Made by a program: the position numbers and the translations under genes. The notes beneath the pieces were generated by a model. The model had not been told where the DNA came from, ran no database searches, and saw only the letters and a program-made list of their open reading frames with translations. Below, in pieces: positions 1-9,440 of a stretch of DNA of 55,801 nt. How positions within the stretch are numbered: the stretch's first letter is position 1; every line of letters begins with the position of its first letter. This DNA is from Bdellovibrionota bacterium FG-2 (lineage in GTDB: Bacteria > Bdellovibrionota > UBA1018). The stretch covers positions 1 through 55,801 of the forward strand of contig JBBCAV010000216.1 in NCBI GenBank assembly GCA_051382305.1. The letters run 5' to 3'.

Positions 1-1
1 C

Positions 2-421
2 CACACGCCCGTTTCACAATGGCTCTTAAGCTTTTCGGTGTTCTTCTTTTTTGGCCTTGCGATGGTGAAGCGATTCACAGAGATTGATCGCAAAAAAGAT
101 TCCCAAAAGGGTTCAAAAGTCCATGGGCGCGGCTACTCCTCTGAGGACCGCTGGCCCGTGTTTGGCTTGGGCGCCTCAGCCTCCATGATGTCGGTCGTGA
201 TCTTGGTGCTCTACCTAAACAGTGAAACGGCAACCGCACTTTATCACCGCCCAGAGTGGCTGTGGTTGATTACTCCGGTTCTGCTCTATTGGATCTCTCG
301 CGTTTGGCTACTTGCCGCTCGGGGCGAAATGCATGACGACCCCGTTGTGTTTGCGTTGCGGGATCATACGAGTTGGCTGGTGGGAGTGGTGGCGGTGGCG
401 ATATTGGGGTTTGCGCTGTGA
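2..421 (+). CDS. UbiA-family prenyltransferase (decaprenyl-phosphate phosphoribosyltransferase-like), 5'-truncated by window edge
   Basis: Open frame from base 2 (HTPVSQWLLSFSVFFFFGLAMVKR...GRGY...YWISRVWLLAARGEMHDDPVVFALRD), the typical C-terminus of this family; lies upstream of dprE1/dprE2-like genes. Confidence 0.85.
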   Translation, partial: HTPVSQWLLSFSVFFFFGLAMVKRFTEIDRKKDSQKGSKVHGRGYSSEDRWPVFGLGASASMMSVVILVLYLNSETATALYHRPEWLWLITPVLLYWISRVWLLAARGEMHDDPVVFALRDHTSWLVGVVAVAILGFAL

Positions 422-654
422 CAACACATGGACCAATCTGCCTATCTTTTTAACAAAACTTCCTAGTAGTGGAACAGACCGCGATCCAAAACGAATATAG
501 ACCCGCCCATATTAGTAAATCGCGGCACCAATATTGCATTTTACAAATTATGTCGGCTGCTAGTTTTAGCGCAATAAAGGTGAGCTGGACAACTGAAACT
601 TAAGATTTCCACTTTACAGGCCGATAATAGTTTTGATAATGGAGATGGGCACCC

Positions 655-1815
655 ATGAATTTAAAATTTCTAAGAGAAATGGCAGACACCAAATTTGGCG
701 GCGTTGAAGCATTTGCTGAGGCCCTCAATATAACAAAACAAGCTGTCTACAAATGGCTGAGCGGTGAGTCACGCCCTGACGACGAGCGAATCTTTGATAT
801 CGCCTCCGCACTTGAACTTGACGAAAAACAAATCGACCATTTGCTCGGGGTTCCCGAAACTATTGTTTTGTTTCGAAATACACGCAAACAGGCATCTAAC
901 CAGGCAACTATTGAACGCGGCAAAGAACTAGCAGAAACCTTTTTTAAAGTTGGAGAATCCTCATACTCGGTCAAAGATAGCTTCCCACTTACGGAAGAAA
1001 CTGACCCCAAGAAAATAGCCTCTTTAATCCGGTCTCTTTTAGACATTGCAGATAACGAACCCTTGAAACTCGATACACTTTTACGCGGCCTTCAGAAACA
1101 CAATGTTGGCGTCTTTTTTCTTCCCTTCAACAAGTTAACCATTAGATTGAACGACCGACATGAAGTCGCCTTCACAGCCAGACAAGGAAACAAAGTTGCC
1201 ATTTTTGCTGACACCAATCGAACGGTGGATGAAATCACATTCGACCTCTGCCATGAGGTTTGCCATGTAATTACCCGAAGGCAAAGCGACCTGACAGAAG
1301 AAGACGAGAAAATCTGCGAGTCTGTTGCTGAGGAACTCATTTTCCCAACGGGATTTTTCGAGCTCAAGAAACAAGAACTTGAACCCATTCTTTGCGAAAA
1401 GAGCACGATAGAAGAAACAGTTGAGTGCTTATTTAAATTACAGATGGAGTTTGACTGGGCGCCAGGAGGACTGGCAAAGGCACTCGTGTCCATCGGTCGT
1501 ATCAAGGCAAAATCGGAACTGTATGAACGGCTTCTCAAGGTCAGTGCCGTACTCAAAAGGCATGTTCAGACCGTAAACACAATGTACTATTCACTCTTTG
1601 AGCCTAAGAACTTTGATTCTCTCAAAGCATTTTTTGATAATGAACTTCCTAAAAACAAACAATTGTTTCGCCCATTTATTGAAATTAAAAATGCGGCTTC
1701 GTTTGGCCGAATTAGCTATAGAAAGCTTGCCGAGCTCCTGGTAATCAATCCTGGAGATGCAGATGAACTCATCAAATCCTGGCGCGAAGACGACACCCTC
1801 GTCGTCAGCGCCTAA
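655..1815 (+). CDS. XRE HTH fused to ImmA/IrrE (M78) zinc metallopeptidase
   Basis: N-terminal HTH (FAEALNITKQAVYKWLSGESRP); HExxH motif HEVCH followed by E..CESVAEELIFP; GGAG SD at 641. Confidence 0.8.
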   Translation: MNLKFLREMADTKFGGVEAFAEALNITKQAVYKWLSGESRPDDERIFDIASALELDEKQIDHLLGVPETIVLFRNTRKQASNQATIERGKELAETFFKVGESSYSVKDSFPLTEETDPKKIASLIRSLLDIADNEPLKLDTLLRGLQKHNVGVFFLPFNKLTIRLNDRHEVAFTARQGNKVAIFADTNRTVDEITFDLCHEVCHVITRRQSDLTEEDEKICESVAEELIFPTGFFELKKQELEPILCEKSTIEETVECLFKLQMEFDWAPGGLAKALVSIGRIKAKSELYERLLKVSAVLKRHVQTVNTMYYSLFEPKNFDSLKAFFDNELPKNKQLFRPFIEIKNAASFGRISYRKLAELLVINPGDADELIKSWREDDTLVVSA

Positions 1816-2437
1816 GCCAAACGCTATTCCAAAAATCATAATTTGCGACAGCAATGTTGTGATAATGATGACCCTTTTCGATGGGACAACGATGTTTAAT
1901 GCAAGTTACACCCACGGAAATATCGAAGTACATCAGTCTGTAATCGACGAGCTAAACGGCTGGATCTTTCCTGGATCAGCCAAAGTGAAGAAGTTCACAG
2001 AGTATCTCATCAGGCGGTCGATTGCCTTTTGTGAAGGATGCACGGGTAACCTAAATGAGCTCACAGAGCCAGAGCGCCTACGCTCTCTCGCAGTTCTTAA
2101 TGCTTTCGAAAAGACACTGCCGCCTGGCTCGAAAGGCAGCGGAACATCCAGAACAGACAAAGAACTGCTTAACCTAGCCCGGAAAAACAAGGCAAAGCTT
2201 GCGACTCAGGAACTTACGTTACGATCCTTGGCTCCTCGCAGCATCCCCCAAGAACACTTGCTTTCATTCGAGGATTTGGTGGCAGATCTCTTTATCCAGA
2301 AAGTAATGTCTACAGAACAAATCTTGGCAGGAATCAAGACGCTTGAGGATTTTAAAGAAAACCTCCGACAAGAAGGCCGCAAGATGCTTTACGACCTTCT
2401 GGGTGTTGGACGAGCGACGGGTGTACCTCATGAATAG
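1763..2437 (+). CDS. PIN-like domain protein, putative toxin partner of the upstream HTH-peptidase
   Basis: IIICDSNVVIMM strand-Asp start, VIDEL, TDKELL..A, ATQE; GGAG at 1753-1756 favours ATG 1763; overlaps upstream gene. Confidence 0.65.
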   Translation: MNSSNPGAKTTPSSSAPKPNAIPKIIICDSNVVIMMTLFDGTTMFNASYTHGNIEVHQSVIDELNGWIFPGSAKVKKFTEYLIRRSIAFCEGCTGNLNELTEPERLRSLAVLNAFEKTLPPGSKGSGTSRTDKELLNLARKNKAKLATQELTLRSLAPRSIPQEHLLSFEDLVADLFIQKVMSTEQILAGIKTLEDFKENLRQEGRKMLYDLLGVGRATGVPHE

Positions 2438-3743
2438 CTGGGGCAGGTATCCAAAGACAACCGCGGAGGTACTCGACTCAGGGTGGCGGCACGAGGAAAT
2501 TCCTCATTTATCCAAAAGCCTCCTGCCCTTTGGCAATGGCCGAAGTTATGGCGATAGCTGCCTCAATGACGGCGGGGCGCTTCTTTGGACTCGCGGACTT
2601 AATCACTACATCGCGTTTGATCCGGAGAGCGGGCTACTCAAAGCCGAAGCAGGCGTCAGACTCGATGAAATTCTCGAACTCTTAAAAGACCATCCGAGCT
2701 GGTTCCTGCCCGTAACTCCCGGAACAAAATTCATCACACTGGGCGGAGCCCTCGCAAACGACGTTCACGGCAAAAACCATCACGTAGCCGGAAACTTTAG
2801 TCACCATGTGACCCGTTTTGAACTGCTACGCTCCGATGGAACGCGGAAAATCTGCTCGCCGCTTGAGAATGCCGACTGGTTTCACGCCACCATCGGGGGC
2901 TTAGGTTTGACGGGACTTATCACCTGGGTCGAGATCCAACTCAAAAAGGTAACCTCCCAACTCATCAATCAAGAGATCATCAAATACGAGTCATTGGATC
3001 ATTTTTTTGAACTTTCAAGCGAAAGTGAAACATTCTTCGAATACACCGTCGCATGGGTAGATTGCCTGGCACGAGGTCACAAGCTTGGGCGAGGACATTT
3101 TATTAGAGGCAATCACGCGGGGGCAACACAGGCAGAAGCCGCTAGCACATCACTGCGCGCAACAAAAAAACCGCTAAATGTCCCCATCGACTTTCCGGGT
3201 TTTGCGTTAAACCCTTTGACGGTCGGGCTTTTTAATTTTGCGTACTATAACAAACAGCTCTCAAAGGTTAAGACCTCGGTCACGGACTACGAGCCCTTCT
3301 TTTATCCTCTCGATTCAATCCTTAATTGGAACCGAATCTACGGCAAGCGCGGGTTTCTCCAATACCAAATGTGTGTGCCTTTTTCGGGGGACCAGGGCCA
3401 TGCGATTCGAGAGATTTTCGAGAGAATCGCAGCCTCGGGACTTGGGTCGTTTCTGGCCGTCCTTAAAGTATTTGGGCACACCCCCTCGCTGGGGATGCTC
3501 TCTTTTCCCAAGCGTGGAGTGACACTTGCGCTTGATTTTCCTAATTCTGGGCCCAAGCTTTTTGCGTTGTTAGAATCATTGGACGCGATCGTGCGTTCGG
3601 TCGGGGGCTGCGTTTATCCCGCAAAAGATGCCCGAATGAGCGAAGAGTCTTTTAAGTGCTTCTACCCGAAATGGGCGGAGTTTAGAAGGTTTGTGGACCC
3701 TAGGTTTTCATCAAGTTTTGCAAGGAGAGTGGGCCTAATATGA
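2430..3743 (+). CDS. FAD-binding oxidoreductase, DprE1-like
   Basis: MNSWGRYP, GNGRSYGD, PVTPGTKFITLGGALANDVHGKNHH, YPAKDARM; start moved to ATG 2430. Confidence 0.9.
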   Translation: MNSWGRYPKTTAEVLDSGWRHEEIPHLSKSLLPFGNGRSYGDSCLNDGGALLWTRGLNHYIAFDPESGLLKAEAGVRLDEILELLKDHPSWFLPVTPGTKFITLGGALANDVHGKNHHVAGNFSHHVTRFELLRSDGTRKICSPLENADWFHATIGGLGLTGLITWVEIQLKKVTSQLINQEIIKYESLDHFFELSSESETFFEYTVAWVDCLARGHKLGRGHFIRGNHAGATQAEAASTSLRATKKPLNVPIDFPGFALNPLTVGLFNFAYYNKQLSKVKTSVTDYEPFFYPLDSILNWNRIYGKRGFLQYQMCVPFSGDQGHAIREIFERIAASGLGSFLAVLKVFGHTPSLGMLSFPKRGVTLALDFPNSGPKLFALLESLDAIVRSVGGCVYPAKDARMSEESFKCFYPKWAEFRRFVDPRFSSSFARRVGLI

Positions 3744-4483
3744 AAAAAACACTGATACTCGGCGCGACCTCGGCGATTGCCCAAGCGGTTTGTGAATTAT
3801 TGGTTCAAAAAGGGGATTCGTTGTTTTTGGTGGGACGAGATTCGCAGAAGTTGGATGCGATTGTGAGTGACCTCAAAGTTCGTGGAGGTGTTGGGGTTCA
3901 TGTCGAATCACGCGTAAGTGATTTGGATGATCTTGCCGGGCATGAAGCATTGATTGATGAGGCGGCGCGCGTTTTGGGAGGACTAGACCAGGTTCTAATT
4001 GCACACGGAGTACTTGGAGATCAGAAGAAGGCTGAAGTCGATTTTTCACATGCCCATCAGATTCTCCAGACCAACTTCTTGAGCCCAGTGTCGCTACTGA
4101 ATCTTATCGCCAATCGCTTTGAAGCGCAAAAACACGGCGCAATCGCCATGATCTCCTCAGTTGCGGGCGATCGCGGGCGACAATCCAACTACGTTTACGG
4201 CGCTTCTAAAGGCGGATTGAATGTATTTCTAGAAGGCTTGAGAAACCGGCTTTCTTTTTCTGGAGTTCGGGTGCTCACGATTAAGCCTGGATTTGTGGAT
4301 ACGCCGATGACCAAAGATTTCAAGAAAGGTTTGCTTTGGGCCTCCCCTGAGCAGGTGGCGCGTGGGATTGTGCGCGCAATGGACACTGGCAAAGACGTCA
4401 CTTACCTCCCGTTTTTTTGGAGATGGATCATGCTGGTGATTAGACATATCCCGGAGAGTGTGTTTAAACGGATGAAATTGTAG
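3740..4483 (+). CDS. SDR oxidoreductase, DprE2-like
   Basis: ILGATSAIA, SSVAGDRGRQSNYVYGASK, KPGFVDTPMT; ATGA-coupled to the dprE1-like gene. Confidence 0.9.
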   Translation: MKKTLILGATSAIAQAVCELLVQKGDSLFLVGRDSQKLDAIVSDLKVRGGVGVHVESRVSDLDDLAGHEALIDEAARVLGGLDQVLIAHGVLGDQKKAEVDFSHAHQILQTNFLSPVSLLNLIANRFEAQKHGAIAMISSVAGDRGRQSNYVYGASKGGLNVFLEGLRNRLSFSGVRVLTIKPGFVDTPMTKDFKKGLLWASPEQVARGIVRAMDTGKDVTYLPFFWRWIMLVIRHIPESVFKRMKL

Positions 4484-5464
4484 TTACCGTAACGCCCCCA
4501 ATCCACTCGCCAACTCCACCCGCGCCTCCCAACCCAAAACCTCGCGCGCGCGCCGATTATCCGCCCGCGAATGCTCGATATCGCCGGATCGAGCGGGGGC
4601 AGGAACTAATTTCACATCCTTCTTAAAGGCCTGGCCGAGCGCCTCCGCAAGTTCGCGAATGCTCACCGCGTTCCCGGTCCCGAGATTAATCGCGCGCCCA
4701 TCGCACTTTTCCGCAGGAACCGCGAGCGCCTGCACGCAGGCCCGCACAATATCATGCACGGACACAAAGTCGCGCGTCTGGGAGCCTGGGAGTGTACCAA
4801 GATGGGCACCAGGATACTCGCCGCCCCCATTGAGCCGCAGGGCTTCGCCACGCTCGATTGCATCCCTAAAAACTGAGATCACCCCGGAGTACGGCGAACT
4901 GGGATCCTGGCCAGGGCCGTAAACGTTGAAAAACCTGAAAACAATGGCCGGGATCCCGAAGTCCTTAGCGAAGAGCCGAATCGCTTGCTCCGACCCAAGC
5001 TTCTGGGCGCCGTAAAAAGAGAGGGGCTGATCGAGCGCATCTTCTTCGCAAAGCGAGACGTCCTTCTTGCCTTGATTGCCATAAACGGCGGCACTGCTGG
5101 CAAAGATGATTCTTAGTGGTCGCTGTTGGCGCAGCCCTTCTTGGTGGGCGGCTTCAAGCACCTTGAGAGTGCCCATCAGATTTGTCTCGTAACCCTCCAC
5201 CGGATGCTCCTGGCAGTAGGGGACACTCACCAATGCGGCCAAGTGAAAAACGGCGTCAACGCCCTCAAGGGCCTGCTTTACGTCCCGGGAACTGCGGACG
5301 TCGCCGAGGATGTATTCCACATTGTCGATGGGGGTTTTGGGAGGGGCCAGATCCAAAACGCGCACGCCGTAAGAGCCTTGGTGATGCGCCGGCCCCTGCT
5401 TCATCAATGCGCGACAAAGATGCGTGCCGATAAATCCAGAGCCACCTGTGATGAGTATTTTCAT
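4484..5464 (-). CDS. NAD-dependent sugar epimerase/dehydratase
   Basis: ITGGSGFIG, SSAAVYG, YGAQK, FFNVYGPGQ, TRDFVSV. Confidence 0.9.
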   Translation of the reverse strand: MKILITGGSGFIGTHLCRALMKQGPAHHQGSYGVRVLDLAPPKTPIDNVEYILGDVRSSRDVKQALEGVDAVFHLAALVSVPYCQEHPVEGYETNLMGTLKVLEAAHQEGLRQQRPLRIIFASSAAVYGNQGKKDVSLCEEDALDQPLSFYGAQKLGSEQAIRLFAKDFGIPAIVFRFFNVYGPGQDPSSPYSGVISVFRDAIERGEALRLNGGGEYPGAHLGTLPGSQTRDFVSVHDIVRACVQALAVPAEKCDGRAINLGTGNAVSIRELAEALGQAFKKDVKLVPAPARSGDIEHSRADNRRAREVLGWEARVELASGLGALR

Positions 5465-5524
5465 GGGATCACCTCTCTTTTACCTGCTCGATCACTATTT
5501 CGATACTGGGGAGAATGGAGAGGG

Positions 5525-6634
5525 TCATCGGCTCACCCAATGTCCGCCTTTGTCAGGGCCAACTCGATTGATGAGTCCGAGTGCCCGCAAAGTATCAATA
5601 TTTTTTTGAACATTCCTAATGGTAATTCCGACCTTTTCAGCCAACTCCCTTGCCGTTACGGTCGGCCTCACCTTAATCTGCAGATAAATGGCGCGCTGAT
5701 TATCGGTCAAGGTTTCTACGTCTTTTACTACGTCTCGCATCCCCTTGGGCCTAAATAAGATAAGTTTCAAAAACCCGCCCAGATCCTCGAATCTAGGCGG
5801 GTTAAGCCCCGCATCTGTCATCGCTTCGCGAATCCGGAGAATTCCGGTTCCCGCCTTTTCTACAACATCCATGCGCGCAAACATGTCAGCGATGATTTCA
5901 TTTCTCCTTGCAGATTTCCCACCAATGTTCTTGATAGTAACTCCCTCAGGCAAACCACCGGGACTGATTACTTCAATACGGTCCGGAAACACCCGAACTT
6001 GGATGCTCGTTCCACTATATTGATAATCCCGATGAATAATAGCGTTGGCTATCGCCTCACGCCATGCCGTCAACGGGATCTCATATTCATTCTTGCGACG
6101 CGTAGTCTCAATTATGGCCTGAAGGCTAAGATGGCGCTTAAGGAAAAACTCTGCCTCGTTAAACTGAGTAACTAGATCGCCCCGCACTTCTTTCCGATCA
6201 AAGATATGAACCCCCTCGAAATCCTTGAAGGCGAGGAGCATAATCTGCGAATGTAAGAAGAATGGGTCGGTTTTAGCCGCAAAAAAGAGCACACCGGCGT
6301 GATTGATCTTGTCGCCCTTCATGAGATTCAAACTTTGAAGAATATCCGGCAACCTCCTCTTATTGACAGGATAGTTGATCCCAGCAGACTTGTAAAAGCC
6401 CCTAACCTTCTTTAATGAGATATCTGCCAGGCACGCGTCTGAATTAGCCCTGGAGTCAAAATGGCTGCCAGCACCGTCATCAGCCACACCGAGAAGGAGA
6501 TTCCCCCCCCGAGAATTGGCAAAAGCACAAATATCTTGAGCGATTTTCACGGTATACTTTTCTTTGAATTCAACAGTGAGTCCTTCACCTTCCCGGATAA
6601 AAAGAGGCAAATCAGATTTTGCTTCTAGACCCAT
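5525..6634 (-). CDS. AlbA_2 (Schlafen-like) + HATPase_c_4/RecG-C + HTH protein, AlbA_2 apparently internally deleted
   Basis: GEGLTVEFKE, ICAFANSRGGNLLLGVADDG, REAIANAIIHRDY, SPGGL, RNEIIA, EKAGTG, C-terminal HTH ending GGHW. Confidence 0.8.
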   Translation of the reverse strand: MGLEAKSDLPLFIREGEGLTVEFKEKYTVKIAQDICAFANSRGGNLLLGVADDGAGSHFDSRANSDACLADISLKKVRGFYKSAGINYPVNKRRLPDILQSLNLMKGDKINHAGVLFFAAKTDPFFLHSQIMLLAFKDFEGVHIFDRKEVRGDLVTQFNEAEFFLKRHLSLQAIIETTRRKNEYEIPLTAWREAIANAIIHRDYQYSGTSIQVRVFPDRIEVISPGGLPEGVTIKNIGGKSARRNEIIADMFARMDVVEKAGTGILRIREAMTDAGLNPPRFEDLGGFLKLILFRPKGMRDVVKDVETLTDNQRAIYLQIKVRPTVTARELAEKVGITIRNVQKNIDTLRALGLINRVGPDKGGHWVSR

Positions 6635-6644
6635 GCCGCACCCC

Positions 6645-7514
6645 TCACCTCCTCACCGTCCAAAAATCCTGCGCCATCTTCGCACCTCCGCGGCCCGACT
6701 CAATAACCTCGTAGGGCATCATAAAATAACCCTTCAGCCCCCACTTTGGCCCCCAGCTGTTGCGAACAATTAGGCACCGAGCCTCGTCGTCATAGCCCAC
6801 CGCCAGCACCGCATGACCGCCCAAAAATCGCTCACCCACTTGGGGCATGGGCATGATCCCTGTTTTCATGACTTGCGCGGTTTCAAAAGACTCGAAAACT
6901 GAAAAACCAAAAGCAACAGGGAACCCTTGCGATAAACACTGACGGGTATCCTCCAAACCCTCAAGCCTTAGGTATTGGGTGATCCGGTGGAGCGCGGCCT
7001 CCTTGTAGGCCGGAGCCGTGGGCTTTTTAAAAACTTGGGCGGGGCCGTATTTCCAGAGGGTCTCACGGCAGGCACCAAATTGGGTAAGGGCTTTTACGCC
7101 ATCACGGAGAGCAGCGCCTTGATCAAGACCGGTGCGCCCCTCTAGGTCGCGCTCGTTATAGTAAATAAACAGCCGACTGACGTGGTTGAATTTGCCAGGG
7201 GTGAAAACCTCGGGGTCTTGAGCGTCCGGGCTTTTATCCCGCAACTCTTGAAGTTGCAGAAACTCGAAGGCGCCGGCTAGGGCATTCCCCGTACAGCTCC
7301 CAATTTTGCCTTGATCAAAGACGGGTGAGCACTGAGGGCGAAGATCGATTTTGAAAGGCAGCGCTTTGGGCTTGGGGGCTTTTGGTTTTTGGAGCGCGGC
7401 GAATGCGTAGTCGCGAAAATCTGGGAGATCGGGGAGCCAATTGTAACGATGGCCAAATCGGGAGATGCGTGGGGCGCGGAGGTTTTTCAGGGGCTTGCGT
7501 TTTTTGGGGGGCAT
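6645..7514 (-). CDS. Papain-like C1A cysteine peptidase (xylellain-like)
   Basis: DQGKIGSCTGNA (catalytic Cys), GGHAVLAVGY (His), RNSWG (Asn). Confidence 0.93.
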   Translation of the reverse strand: MPPKKRKPLKNLRAPRISRFGHRYNWLPDLPDFRDYAFAALQKPKAPKPKALPFKIDLRPQCSPVFDQGKIGSCTGNALAGAFEFLQLQELRDKSPDAQDPEVFTPGKFNHVSRLFIYYNERDLEGRTGLDQGAALRDGVKALTQFGACRETLWKYGPAQVFKKPTAPAYKEAALHRITQYLRLEGLEDTRQCLSQGFPVAFGFSVFESFETAQVMKTGIMPMPQVGERFLGGHAVLAVGYDDEARCLIVRNSWGPKWGLKGYFMMPYEVIESGRGGAKMAQDFWTVRR

Positions 7515-7521
7515 GAGTGGG

Positions 7522-7551
7522 ATTTTAGGTCGAGGTAGGCGGGGATTTCAA
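7522..7551 (-). promoter_or_regulatory. Putative leaderless sigma70 promoter of the C1 peptidase
   Basis: TTGAAA-N18-TAAAAT-N7-ATG, no SD. Confidence 0.55.
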
Positions 7552-7602
7552 GGAACTTCTTTTGGAACTGGAGATACGCCCGTTACCAAATAGCAGGCAT
7601 CG

Positions 7603-8274
7603 CTCAAACAGCTCCGCCCCCACCAATGGGTCAAGTAGAGGGCGCATTCGCGCTCGCCTTCTTCTCTTTCTCAACCACTGGCTTCCGGGGATTTGTCGAT
7701 TCCGATGGCACTGGGGCTTCTCGTCGTAAGCGCCGGGGCAGCAATTGTGGGTGGGGCGGTCGTTTCTTGGAATTTCTTTGGGAATTTCTTATTATGCCTT
7801 CTCTGCTATTTTGGGCTTAATTTGCTCTACAGCCTCTGGCTCAAACGCGCCGTCTTGATCGATGTCGTAATTTTGGCAGCCCTCTACACGCTCCGCATCT
7901 TGGCAGGCGGCTTCGCGACCCACACGCCCGTCTCACAATGGCTCTTAAGCTTTTCGGTGTTCTTCTTTTTTGGCCTTGCGATAGTAAAAGGCTTCCCCAA
8001 AGGGATCGAAAGTCTATGGGCCTGGCTACTCGTCTGAGGACGCTGGCCCGTGTTTGGCTTGGACGCCTCAGCCTCCATGATGTCGGTCGTGAACTTGGTG
8101 CTCTATTTGAACAGCGAAACGGCAACCGCGCTTTATCACCGCCCAGAGTGGCTGTGGTTGATTGCTCCGGTTCTGCTGTATTGGATCTCTCGCGTTTGGC
8201 TGCTTGCCGCTCGGGGCGAGATGCATGACGACCCCGTTGTGTTTGCGGTGGCGATCCTGGGGTTTGCGCTTTAA
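7603..8274 (+). pseudogene. Degenerate second copy of the UbiA-family gene
   Basis: 7920-8274 is a near-copy of 1-421 with deletions and frameshifts; upstream scraps LKQLRPHQWVK*, AFALAFFSFS, PLASGDLSIP. Confidence 0.88.
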
Positions 8275-8365
8275 TATCAATTAACCCATTGCGCAACAAT
8301 AATCTTCCCCTAGCCACCCTTCTATTAGCTTGCTAAAGTCGTACTCATGGGGAGATCGCCTATAA

Positions 8366-8686
8366 ATGGCCGGGAAAAGTAAGCCACTAAGCGTCCAGGA
8401 CAGCAGAGAGGTGATCCAGCGCCTTCGGCAAAACCGGGATGAATTGAAACGTTTGAAGATTGAAAGTCTTACTTTGTTCGGTTCTTTCGCCCGCGATCAA
8501 GCCAATCAGAAAAGTGATGTAGATTTAATTGTTGAATTTTCCGAACCCGTTGGTTTTTTTCATTTTTACGATGTGAAAACCAGCCTCGAGAAAATTCTGC
8601 GCCGCAAAGTTGACCTCGTCATGCCCGATGCCGTACGCCCTGAGTTCCGGGAGCAAATAGAGCGAGAAAAAATTCGTGCCGCCTAG
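8366..8686 (+). CDS. Minimal nucleotidyltransferase (MntA-like antitoxin)
   Basis: LFGSFARDQANQKSDVDLIVEF...LRRKVDLV. Confidence 0.9.
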   Translation: MAGKSKPLSVQDSREVIQRLRQNRDELKRLKIESLTLFGSFARDQANQKSDVDLIVEFSEPVGFFHFYDVKTSLEKILRRKVDLVMPDAVRPEFREQIEREKIRAA

Positions 8687-9038
8687 AAATTGGACAATTC
8701 GCATCAACGACATACTTGAAGCAATCAAGCGCGTCGAAAAATACACAAACGACATAAGTTTTAGCGAATTTGAGGGTGATGAAAAAACGGTCGATGCGGT
8801 GATTCGAAATTTCACAGTCATCGGCGAAGCCGCCGCTCGGGTGCCCAATGACATTCGAAAGAAGGAATCCACTATTCCATGGGATAAAATTATCGGGATG
8901 CGCAATTTTCTTGTCCACGAATACTTCGGGATCACGCTCTCCGTCGTTTGGAATACAGCAAAGACCGATCTTCTTACCCTTAAACCGCTACTCAAAAATC
9001 TCATAGCGTTGTCAAAAGTCCCAGCCAAGAAGCGGTGA
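8676..9038 (+). CDS. HepT-like HEPN RNase toxin (DUF86)
   Basis: DAVIRNFTVIGEAA, IPWDKIIGMRNFLVHEYFG (Rx4HxY). Confidence 0.9.
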   Translation: MPPRNWTIRINDILEAIKRVEKYTNDISFSEFEGDEKTVDAVIRNFTVIGEAAARVPNDIRKKESTIPWDKIIGMRNFLVHEYFGITLSVVWNTAKTDLLTLKPLLKNLIALSKVPAKKR

Positions 9039-9055
9039 CGTGTTCGTGGGGTCAC

Positions 9056-9160
9056 TCATGACACCGCTTTTAACTCAACGGAGAACTTGAGCCCCAAAGC
9101 ATCAAGGACGGCATAGATGCTCCCCAATTCTGGGTTTCCCTGCTTTGAGAGCATTCGATA
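9056..9160 (-). pseudogene. C-terminal remnant of an addiction-module HTH antitoxin (HI1420-like)
   Basis: Manual translation YRMLSKQGNPELGSIYAVLDALGLKFSVELKAVS*; no start, preceded by an in-frame stop. Confidence 0.65.
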
Positions 9161-9292
9161 CTACGGCAGGGATTTCACGCGCCCTTATCCAAATTTCGGA
9201 ATTGATCGGAAATCAAATTCCGAACAAACCCGAAAAATAACTAGGCTCGCACAAGCTCGACCAAATTTGGCCGTCAAACAACACCACTGATC

Positions 9293-9374
9293 GATGCAAA
9301 ACATGACTGGTTTTGCCAAAGATTATGTCATCGCAACCGGCGAAACGCACTCCGTTCGTGAGTTTGTGAATCTT
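9293..9374 (+). pseudogene. gmd: Internal fragment of a gmd homologue
   Basis: [27 protein letters not shown] matches gmd ~15955-16086, with a 48-nt deletion and a frameshift. Confidence 0.8.
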
Positions 9375-9440
9375 TCTACCTAAGGCGCTGGCGGCCCTTG
9401 TTCCTATCAAAATCGCCCCCTGATCTAGCACCTCCCCCCT

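Noticed and set aside
5772-5803. Hairpin AACCCGCC-CAGAT...ATCTA-GGCGGGTT as a terminator or REP
   Set aside because: Inside a CDS, only a minimal U-tract, single occurrence
7920-8274. ubiA duplicate as a DGR template/variable repeat or assembly duplication
   Set aside because: Differences are not adenine-specific and include deletions; no reverse transcriptase; too diverged for an assembly duplicate
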